A stretch of 64,000 nucleotides of DNA from assembly GCA_003344405.1 (NCBI GenBank), contig NOWV01000002.1, positions 186,001-250,000 on the forward strand. The letters run 5' to 3'. The stretch is from Trichoplax sp. H2. Taxonomy: Eukaryota. This document shows positions 45,429 to 56,961 of this stretch, in pieces. The position numbers and the translations under genes are program-made. The notes under the pieces are model-generated. The model did no database searches. It saw only the letters and a program-made list of their open reading frames with translations, and was not told where the DNA came from. The first letter of the stretch is position 1. The number at the start of each line of letters is the position of its first letter.

Positions 45429-48400
45429 TCAAATATATTGTAGTAGGAGTGGATCTTTCTTTAGGATGTTCATCTGGAAGTTGGTATTTTCCTCACACCT
45501 GTAAAAAGGAATAAAAACGATGAGAATTTAGAAATAATTATATGTAATAGGATAATTGGCCTCAAAAAATCCAAATAATAGCAGATCGTAAAAGTAATGT
45601 TACTACTGCAAATGCTGCCTATTATTTAGAAATTCTAATTAAATACAACAGGTTGGTATTTCTAACTTACTTATTAGTATTTACAAAAAAGGGTTTGAAT
45701 ACATGTAGAGGAACATTAGTCTGCGGATCGCTACTTAGCTCCCTGCAGGAGAAAATTGTAATGAGAAGTGATATTAATAAACGCAATTAGAAATCTTTTA
45801 TGGTTTTAGCACTGATAAAAGAATTTTAAGCTTACTCTATCTCCCGTCGCAATTTGTCTATTTGATTTGATAATTCATTTTCTTCTTCTTTTTGAAGTCG
45901 AATTTCCTATCCAGAAAACAATTTTATATGTTAAAGCTTCCGTGTAGAAAAGAGCTTTCATGTAGATAATCTATTTTAGAATGCAGCAGATATTAGTTTT
46001 ACCTGCTTTACGGCGATATTTTGTAATGCTAATTCTTTAACACCTTTTGGCATAGAATCGATTATCCGCTAAAAATAACAACATAACAACAACATGGAAT
46101 CAGCTCCTTCATGATCAATAGTATATGTTTGTTTACTTATGCATATTATCAAAGTCAAAAAGCTTATCGATAAATCTTACATCTGTTATATCTCCTAGTA
46201 ATGTTTCTGTCGCTTTGCCTTCGTCTAAGTGCAGCTTTGTACCTTCTATACCAATTAAACCATTTAGATTCCCTAATTCGCTCTAAAATTTAAAGAAAAA
46301 GTATGAGTATAATTATATAAGTATCCAACTGATTTGGTATATTTTAGATTAAGTCATAGCGCAGACCTCTTGTTCTTGACGTAAACTATCAATTTGATGC
46401 TTTAGTTCGAGTATTTTCATGGCTTTTACAGGATAATCTTTGTCCTATATCAAAAATGTAATAGTACTGTCTAGTAATAATCTAAAATACATTACAACAG
46501 GTGTTAGCTCGAAATTGAAGTCTGTAGTCTATATTTCATTCACCTTATAAGTTAGCAATGTCCTTAACTGCACATTTTTCTTCCCTAGAACCGCCTCCAA
46601 ATCACCAAGGCGCATTTCTAGGTCTATGATAAGATAATATTTGATACATGAGCGGATAGTCTTTGTCATAACTTATTTGCAATCAAGAGTTGCGAATTAA
46701 CCTGATAATTCTTTATTAGCTTTCTGCTTTGCCACATTTAGCCTGTCTTGTGCTGCAGCTTTATCTTCGTCATATTTAGAATATATAGATGACATTGCGC
46801 CCTATTGCAATAAACATCCATGTCATGTATTACTTATAAATTAAAATTTAGGTAGAAGTTTTAAAGATATCGCATTTATTAAAATATTTAATTCTTACCC
46901 TAAACATTTGATATCTTTGTAACAATTTCCGTACTTTTCCATACTATGTAAAAAAGGGTAATACAGTGGTATACAGTATTAGTGGTGAGCTAGTTTAAAC
47001 TTTGAATATGGCACTGCCAAGCCTATTTACCGCTTCTTTTTCTATTTCATTGATCTCGCCTATAAGTCGGCTGTTTTCATTTGTTCTTTAATTTTAAATT
47101 AAGGCAAAATGTATAAAGTATATATATGTACTATGTCCATTTTATCTTGCTTTATCAATATCTCTTGTAGATTTGTATTTCACAACTAATTCAGCGATAA
47201 CTATAGTATAATCAAATACGGTGAGTCCTATCCTGTACTACATACAGTGAAATTAATATACTGTAGTAGGAATAAACATACTGCCTCTGCATACTTTAGA
47301 TACACAGTATTTGCATTTCACTTCAGAATTAGCGACGTACCATTATATATATATATATATATAAGTTTCACTATTTAGCAGAAATGTAAGAATATATTCT
47401 GCTGGTTCATCAGCAATACTTGCAAAAGTAGTTATATACTTGTTATACTGCAATGGGCTCGTGAAAAATTATGCCACCGGCATCCTACCGCAGATATCAA
47501 ATGGTATACGCCTATCAAGTTATATCCACAATGGGTTCCACACTATAGCTGTTTAGTCAGAACGCAGGCCGTTGCCCTAGCAACGGCCATGCATTACGGC
47601 TACATTCTATGGTTTTCTATCTAGTGCTTTACCACGGACTTCTATGCACTTATATGCAAATACTGTACTTCAGTGTAGCATTCTATACTTCTACTTGATA
47701 CTGAATAATATATACATTCCGCCGTAGTTGTAAAATAGGATCGTAATTTAAAATAATTTAGGATACAAATAAGAATATCGTTGTTGTTGTTCAGTGATTC
47801 CTTTTTCCGCTATTTTAATTTGAGTCTATAAATTAAAAAAATTGAAATACGTCATTCAACTAAATATGTCAATAATTTCTGCCTTTCATTCAGAAATTAT
47901 AGACACTATCGCTATTCGAGAACATATAATTTTACACATTTAGGAGCTGACTATAGTTCCAAAGTACGACATGAACTAAACGGAATAGCACAGTAGTAGC
48001 TATGATTTGCAATCTAATATTGTCCCGAAATACTGGTGCCGACGATATCAATTATAAAAATATGAGAGAACCCAAGCATAATGCGTTTTGTAGCAGATTA
48101 ATATGTTAGTAAGAATCAGAATAAATTCAAAATCCAAGATCATAAATAAAGTATCATAAGCTATCGGATTCGGAGTCATGATTTACTCGAAATCGGCGTT
48201 CATCATGTATTTACTATTTACAACGGGAAGGACACACGGCATGTAATGATAATACTTCACTTTTGAATTAATATATAATTTGTGTTAAGGATTACTTTGA
48301 TATAAAGCTAACCTGTAATAATGCGACTTCTTTCAATTTTCTTTCTAAAACGACACTGAGTGGAATCTCATCTCGCTTGATCCAAGAGTGATAACAGCAC

Positions 48401-48684
48401 ATGAGTGAACAACTTTCTCCTGCCCGTTTTTTATCATGCACTTGCGTTAGGTTTGATTGAATATTTCTTTCAACGACATTATTAAGCGCTGGAAGTTGAA
48501 CTCTGCGAGTGGTGTGTTTCTGGCTCTTACTTGTCGAGCCTAATACGTCCCTGATATAACGATTGTTTGATATTGCCTTAACGTCTTCATTATTCCATCT
48601 CGAAAATATTTTGTCGTTCGATTTAACACTTCTTTGCCAATTGTGTGGGGAATAACCAGAAATAACGCTTTTTACAGATGCCAT
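45429..48684 (-). CDS. C20orf96-like (DUF4618) coiled-coil protein; about 12 exons
   Basis: Spliced product includes VRKLLQRYQMFR, LLTYK|DKDYPVKAMKILEL and the C-terminal K|CEENTNFQMNIL, resembling the C20orf96 blocks TYMDHEYSIKSVQI and KCTPDMDVILNIP (recalled, not aligned). Stop 45431-45429. Confidence 0.72.
47567..47588. promoter_or_regulatory. RFX X-box inside an extended palindrome
   Basis: GGCC-GTTGCC-CT-AGCAAC-GGCC. The core 47571-47584 fits GTNRCC(N0-3)RGYAAC. Confidence 0.6.
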
Positions 48685-50711
48685 GCTATAACTTTCATTA
48701 AAATACAAACACTAAATGATACTGATCTATTATGATGCCTATATATACGCGTATAAAAAAATAGACAAAATTAACCATAGATCATAACGTGAGAGATTAC
48801 TTTTTACCAAGATATAAAAGTAAACTATTATGCACAGTAACGAGTAAAATTGCTGTATTTATACTTGTAAATGCTGAATAATACAGAACAGTGTATGTGT
48901 TTAATGATTAGCAACAGTTAATATGAGAGCAAACTATATTTACTGCATTTAATACGCAAGTCTACGATGTTGGGGGCCAGACAACCAGACTTCTGGACTA
49001 AAGTTGTTTGTATAGTGGTCTACTCATCGCCAAGATTTATGATGCACTAAGAATAGCTAGTGCTGATATATTTAATGCAATGTTGATGGAAACCGACTTC
49101 AATAGTTATCTCGATTTTCATTTTACCCATATTACAAAATTGGATTATGCATTTATCAAATATTATTTGACATTCAATCCATTTTTCTTCGGATCATAAA
49201 ATAGAGAGCATTGATCTGTCAAGTTTACCGTCCACGAACATGTTAAATCTTTATGCTAAAAGAGTACGAAAGGGAAAGCGTTGATCTAACAATCTTTAAT
49301 GAAGCAATGTCTTATTATTAATTATATATAAGTGTTAATATATACAGTGTACGCGTATTGTACTTAAGAATACTTCGACAGGAAATTATTAGAGACTATC
49401 AAGAATTGATGTATTAAATATGACTGAATTTATATAATTAACCACCATATGGATGTCTTTTAATGTAATATCATGGCGTAAAATATATCTAATCCATGTA
49501 TGGACGGTTTACAGTGGAATATTTAATAATTTCCATTATAAATTAAAAATGAAATCCTTATTTTTGTTTGTCGATCTAGATCTGTCAGTTTACTAAGTGC
49601 TGAAAGAATTTAGAATATATACTGGTGAAGAAAAAAATAGCTAGTAATGAATTTTACAGACATATTCATAGTGATACATTTTAAAAAAACTGTACGAATC
49701 TTTCTGATCTTTCACTACTAAAATTAGCCCAACAAAAGCTTTATGATGTGCCTAGCAAAATACATAATTCTAGCTTAATACAGGTAAAATCAAAAACAAA
49801 ACTATTTCGAGTGACATAATTAGTAACACCAGTTTAATGTAGTTAGAGACGATTAGAGCTAAAAAGATCAATAATTATAATAGATCTCCATTCAGTAAGA
49901 TTAATAGACCAGCAGCTTTATACTTTTATTAGCCAAAAACGCATATTCAGCACTCATATAGTTTGAATCCATTAAAACTATGACAAATGATAGAAATGTC
50001 TAAGCCACTAGAATAGTGGGGAAAATTCGTGAGACTTGCCTTTAGTATTGAAACAGTATCACTATAGTTGTCCCCATTAAGTGATTACTGCACTTGGCCA
50101 CTGTCTTCCTCGCTACTACTTCTACCACTATAATTTAATGACTTGTATATAAAATGTGTACTTATTCAATATTTCTGTACGACAAATGCGTAAATAGGTA
50201 AATCTCTAGCTATTAAAGGTATTATACATTTAAGATATACAGATTTTTTTACAGTACTGATAGTTGATTACAATTTATCGTCAAAAAAATGATTACTTAG
50301 AAGTAGTTACTTCAAGGCAAAATTTCGGAAATAATCTCACGATAGCAAAAATCTTACGCATGGTACGTTATTTACTTTCTTACATTACTTCACAATCAAA
50401 ATATAACCTGTGGGTAGCGCTACAGCAAGGGAAAATCAACATAGAATAATGCATTGTATAAAAACATAATCGACTTAAATAGTCAATGTAGAACTCCATT
50501 TCAAAATACCCATCAAGACATAAAATTAGCGACTCAGTATTATGACATATTCGACTTAGCAAAAATTTTCCATATTAGAGTAGTATGCAGGTTCAATTAA
50601 ACTCCAATTTTTATCAGGATGGTTCTCGCAGAATCGTAATATGCTACCATTGACTATGAAAATTACAGGCATGTAGAATCTTTGATGATATAAACAAAAA
50701 AGATCAATACA

Positions 50712-52863
50712 TTAATCATTTTCTTCAGAGCTACTAGAATCTGAGTAAACACCAATGCCAGGAATAGCAATAGCAGTTTCATCCGGTGGACTCGAGGTAG
50801 TTGTCGGCTTGATTTTTTTGGCATCAGATTGTCTAGTATCTGTAAATAGCGAATATAAATGTATCCCATAAAGTAATATTATTAAATTAATTTAATAAAT
50901 CCGATTTTAAAGAATAATTATCGAGCTAAAAATAGTAATGATTGATTGTCACTATTAGAATGGTAGTAGGAAACCAACCAGAATCAATGGGCTTTGATTC
51001 TGTCTCTTCAAAGCTCCTAATAATTAGCACAAGATTTTAATTTTGAAATCAAATATACTTTAAAGAAAACCTTATCATCAATGTAAGCGCATCCTTTTAG
51101 CTTGGAAATGACATAGCAAGCTGATTGCAGTGCTTACAATTTTAAAATAATTATTTAATCTAATAAGGAAACTGATTGATTTATATATGAATAAAAGTAG
51201 ATAAATAATACCACGCTACAATCATATTTACCTTTTCCTCTGTCTAACTAATCCTGATAGCAATTGGGACTGCGTTTTCTTGTTGTTCTTTATAATCTCA
51301 GGAGGATACGATTTGTGAGTTTCGACTATAGGTTTATTATCAACTTCCTTAGAAGCTAACGAGCTAACAGCTTCATATACATTTATTAAGGTCTCTATTG
51401 TAGGTTGTATTTAAAATCTATATTTCTATGAAAGTAATCAGTTTGATGCAAATATTAAGTTGAACATCTTACTATCTGCAGCGTAATGGTAGACGCAAAA
51501 TTTTAGCAGGTTAAAAATATATGTAGAATGTAATAAAGGATATTCTAAATTTTTTAACGTCTTCTATCTCTCGCTGCCATTGTTGCACCTCTAAATCAGC
51601 TTGTAATTGATTTGAGTTATCTAAAAAATCGGCTTCATCGTCGTTTAGGCCGCGAATCATGTTTTCTAGATTTTAAAATGGTTGCAATAAAGGATATTTA
51701 GAACAGATAAGAACAGATAATATTAAAGTAACTACTCAAGTTATTGAATTTATATCACTCTATTTTCACTCAAGCCAGCAAGATTGCTGAAATAAAACTA
51801 CAGAAGTAGTAGAGCAATAAATTTGTAAGATACTGTAGTAATAATTTACATGCTATGTAATACTGGCTATATTATTACACGCATTTGCACTCATTCTGGG
51901 CTTTTGTATAATCAAGACTACGAAACTGGTAATTTTGCTGCCTAATAAGGAATTTAATTCTATATGCGAAGCTTTTACGTACTGAATTTAAATTGTTCAT
52001 CCCATTCTTCTTGTTTCTTAGTTTTTTGTTCTTGTAATTGTTCATACAACGATCTCCTGTCAGTTAATTCCTCTGGTCGATCTGCAGATAGGACTTGATA
52101 TTAGTACATTGCATACTGCTACATCTATGGATTGCATTGAAGGAAGTCAACTAGTCAAGATAATTTTCAGAGTCTATAGCAGTAAAAGTATAATGCGACC
52201 CATAAATATGATACGCCATGAACCGTAGGTCGAGATACAGTGGCATTTATCTTACACAAATAGTAAGGGCTGTGATTTGAAGGTATAATATCTAATTGAT
52301 GAGCACAACAATGCTGCATGAAATCCTTAGGATCAACATAAGTTGTATAACCCCAGCTACCTCGATTTCCCATCTTACTAATAAGTTAGCTAATCGTTAC
52401 AGTAAAAACACACTAAGTATGAGTATAAGTATTGCAAGATTTAATCCTCCAGCGATTGATTGGCTTTCATTCTGTTACTGCAAGGCATCCATCTTGGGAT
52501 CAGAATAATTTTGACACTCGATTTGATTAGCAATAAGTCATCATTCAATACGTACACACACTGATTACTGCAGAAGCACTAAGCCACCAAAGCATAGCAA
52601 GGTACCATGATTAGTAATTTCGTGCTCATTATGTTGATACAATCTTTATACATTTATTGCCTGCTTGAAATCAGTCAATCCAGTGATAATGAATGATTCT
52701 TTCTCTTTGACTTACCAATAACAGATTTACTACTTTCATCTTTAACTTTCTTCCATTCTTCCTCACGCTTACGCCTGAGGTCTTCTAACTCGGTTTCTGT
52801 CACGAAGGATTTCAGTTGTCCCTTGGCGCTGGCATTCATGCCTTCTTGACTGAAATAACTCAT
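50712..52863 (-). CDS. PSME3IP1: PSME3-interacting protein (NIP30/FAM192A); 6 exons
   Basis: Exons 52863-52715, 52081-51983, 51665-51544, 51374-51232, 51016-50979 and 50839-50712 give SFVTETELEDLRRKREEEWKKV, DRRSLYEQLQEQK...QFKF|KNMIRGLNDDEADFL and the C-terminal IPGIGVYSDSSSSEEND*. Confidence 0.92.
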
Positions 52864-53922
52864 TGTAATGCGATACAAAAGGCAATTCCCAATATCTTTA
52901 GCAAGGTAATATCATCAAGATGTCTATAGATTATCGATTCAATAGAAATTAAGGGATATAATGCAATACGATCAGATTTCCATTAAAAATAGTCCACAGC
53001 CATCTTCTACAACTTGCTGCAAGACAACCGCGACTTAGGAACTGAAGGTTGAGTACCTGTACAGCCTACAAGTACTGAGATTGCATGTCTAGCAGTGCCT
53101 GTATGCCAATCTATGCCCAATGCTGTGTTGTACTGTATGAAAATAGTAAACGTGTACAAGACCTTTAGTCCAATGCTCCATTGGATGTCCGGAGAGACGG
53201 ATGCGCATTACTCCATGAGGGCAGGAACCTTTTTCAAGTCCCTTGATCAGGGTCTAGCTAGTCCGGTCCGGTCCGATCCGGTCCAGCATTCGAGCCTGGT
53301 TCAGCTCTCATCTTGAATGGTTGGTAGCTGCTGCAGCTTGCTTTAATCGTTGAATTTCTCCATTTCTAACTTGGCTGCGATTTATAACTCGGTAATATGC
53401 CCAAGAATCTTATTTATCACTATGTATAGCTAGTAATAATCTTATTAGTATAGTTGCAAACTACTGTACTGCTGTTGGTAGTGAAAATGGATCGAACTCT
53501 ATCTGTACCCACAACGCCATGATGCAAATACAGGGCTACCCTTGCAGCCCTATGGAGCAGTTGGCGTACATTGTCAGCGCCAGCAATATGAAATTCTGCA
53601 ATCTAAAAATCGAGCTATTAACTCTCGAATTGCTTAATCGTAGCGTTTTAAATGAAATTCTAAGTAATATTCAACATCAGTTGGATCAGTTAGCATGTAG
53701 AATTGGCAATACTATTTTACAGATTATTCCTAGGATTGAGAAATACCGCTTGACCTTTTGATAATACACGTATGCTTAGGCATATGTAAACTGCGATCGA
53801 CTTAATTCATCAAGACTTGTGGTAGATGAAATCATTCATTTTTTCATTTTCGGATCTAGGTGAAAACCTTCCTATATTAACTGCAATCAAAGGATAAAAC
53901 AGAAACCTTCTATAAGCGTAGA

Positions 53923-56145
53923 ATGCAATTCCAAAAAGTTTCATTACGTAGAACCGGCTTATTCGGAACCTGTAATCAACGACTTCATAATATTTACAAT
54001 CATTTGCTAAATTCCAACTGCAAAATGTCTACATCTGGTCAGCGTTTTGCTGCAGCCAATGATGAAGCTATTCTGGAAGTACGAAATAAAGTTGGGTTGA
54101 TAACGCTAAATCGACCCAAGGCATTAAATGTATTAAGCTTGAATATGATCAATACTATTTATCCCATTATGATGGAATGGGATAAAGATCCTAATGTCCA
54201 GGTAATAGTTATGAAAGGTGCTGGCAAGAAAGCTTTTTGTGCTGGTGGTGATGTTAAATCCCTCGTTGGCAATCGGCCCCTAAGCAGGGAGTTCTTTCCT
54301 ACAGAATATCGTTTGAATAACTTAATTGGTGAGATGAATAATATTACATTGTTGTGTTTAAATTTTGAATCGTCTCTAGTTTAATTGAACATTGGCCTTT
54401 TATTCCCACTTATAACTTTTATTAATAGTTTAAGATAGAAACCCCATTTTAACTAAACTAACAAAGATTAATATCATATACGACCTATAAATCGCTATCG
54501 TCGGATTCTGTATGAGCAATTCATTGACCAAGATATAACATTGCAGTAATACACTATGATTAGGTCATTAAATACGTACGTGCTCAAGACCTACTCCATT
54601 TTCAGCCCCGATAAAACTTGTACCATAAATCACCATAAGTACTGTATCCTCTTCTATTGTCGTAAATCCTATAGAAGCAATTCATAAATGGTAACACCAT
54701 CTTAATGTCAACACTTTGATTAGATCAGTTAACGCCTGTTTTAGACCTTGAAAAACTTTTCAATTTCTAGCGTATGATAACTGGTATGAGCAGGATGTCA
54801 TCTTTCTATATGCAATTGTAGGCATTTTGAAGACTCCTTATGTAGCCTTTATCGATGGAATAACTATGGGTGGTGGTATTGGTTTGTCAGTTCACGGTCG
54901 CTATCGTGTTGCAACAGAACGTACATTATTTGCTATGCCCGAAACAGCTTTGGGTCTACATCCGGATGTAGGAGGATCGTACTTTTTACCACGGTTGGAA
55001 GGCAACTTGGGCATGTATTTCGCTCTCACTGGTGAGTATACTCGTAATTTAGTTTCATCATTTTGATTGAAATTGACAGTGAGCACTATTTAGTTGTATT
55101 TTTGATCAGAGGTTATCTCTGCAGTTGTTGATAGTGGTAATATTATATTATTTACAAAATAATTAGTCTATGATAGAATGAATTTGTTCTCGTTTAATTA
55201 TACTATGTTATACGCGTAGTATAGATTAGTAAACTTGGTTTTAAATTGTTATTTGACAGGGCAAAGAATGAAAGGTAGAGATGTGTATTTTACTGGAATT
55301 GCTACTCATTATGTTGGGTCACAAGATATTAACGAATTAGAATCAAAACTTATCAATCAACCAAGTATTACAAATGATGTGGTTCAAGAGATTCTTGATC
55401 AGTATCATAAGAAGGTAAGAGCATAAATGATAGAATGACGTATGTCATAGCTAGAAAAAATGATTGATAAAAATTCTCGCGGAAAAAGTACCCTTGTAAA
55501 GTTGCAATTTTTCGATATTTTAGCGTAGATGGCTGTATACTGAGTGTATAGATTGAATCTATCTTTATAATTATAAATTATAACAGTTTTACTCATTAGG
55601 AGATCATAAAATAATAGGGAGCTCCCTCTGCGTTTTATATCTTGCGTTAACGCATTAGCTACGTTCAATGTTCTTTTACCGTCTTATAACAAACATTACA
55701 ATGTCATTCGTCTTTGTACCGTAAAATGTAGCACGAGGGTGGAGAATTCTCATTTGCTCAGCATATGGACAAAATTAACGAATGCTTCAAAGGAGAAACT
55801 ATAGAAGAAATATTTACTCTATTAGAAAAAGATGGCTCAGAGTGGGCTATGAAATGCCTCAACCATTGTCGTAAGATGTCACCTAGTTCAATGAAAGTAA
55901 CTATTCGTGCACTGCAGGAAGGAGCTAAAGCGCCTTCCTTAGCTGATGCGTTGTTAACAGAAAATCGCATTTGTCAGAGAATGATGGAAACAAAAGATTT
56001 CTATGAAGGAGTTAGAGCTATATTAATCGATCGTGATAATAATCCAAAGTGGGATCCTGCAACGTTTAAAGAAGTGACTGATGAAATGGTCGATGCTCAT
56101 TTTCAACCTACTACTGACGGAGATGTAATATTGCCAAAGCAGTGA
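53923..56145 (+). CDS. HIBCH: Mitochondrial 3-hydroxyisobutyryl-CoA hydrolase; 4 exons
   Basis: Exons 53923-54328, 54822-55031, 55260-55414 and 55732-56145 give [50 protein letters not shown] and [19 protein letters not shown]. The start codon could alternatively be 54025. Confidence 0.96.
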
Positions 56146-56961
56146 CTGTTATAAATTTTGTAGTCATGAATGTATCAGTGATAAGATTAGCTGGCATCTT
56201 ACTTCAAAGATGTTGGTATCATCCTTATTATGGTTAATATTTTACTATCTTATGAAGGTACTTCTTAATTACGGTATCAATAGAAGCATGCAATTATTCA
56301 TATGCAACGTGAAGAAAATTGTAATGCATACTTGTCAACTAATAATATATCGTGTGCATTATACTTGCCAATTGCAATTTCATTATGGCGAACCTGCTTT
56401 TAAAATTTTCAATTTTTCGGGTGCAATAGCTAATGATGGTGATAACTTCGATAATAAAGTTTCACAGTAAAAGATATCTGAGTGAGTCTTTCTAATAAGT
56501 GTCTTTACAAGACAATTTTATTGACGACAAATCGATGTAGATATAAATAGAAGACTAAGAATTGTTTCAACACTAAAAATTCACATGTTTAAATTCATGG
56601 CATTCGTTCCTTTCGGTATTGCATTACAGTATGTAAAAAAGATATGTTGGTGAAAGTATATCGCCAAACGAAAACACATCAACCAATAAATTCCAGGTTA
56701 ATAAATGATATACGAGCAGTATAATTAATACTTCTTACTAGAGGATACACCTCAGTAATTTGAAGTATAGCCTTCTAGCATGCAAACGCTATCGCAATTA
56801 GATCATACCAATATTTATCTAATGGAAAATATCACGCTATTATACTCTTTTCTAATTAAAATAACACCAAAATTTTCATACTTGATACGGTATTATAAAA
56901 ATTGATACGTGAACTTTACAGTATGATCTGTTACGATCCATCTATGATTATAATTAAAGAT

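Noticed and set aside
52500..52545. C box and D box on the minus strand in PSME3IP1 intron 1
   Set aside because: They span only ~45 nt, with no terminal stem or recognisable rRNA guide.
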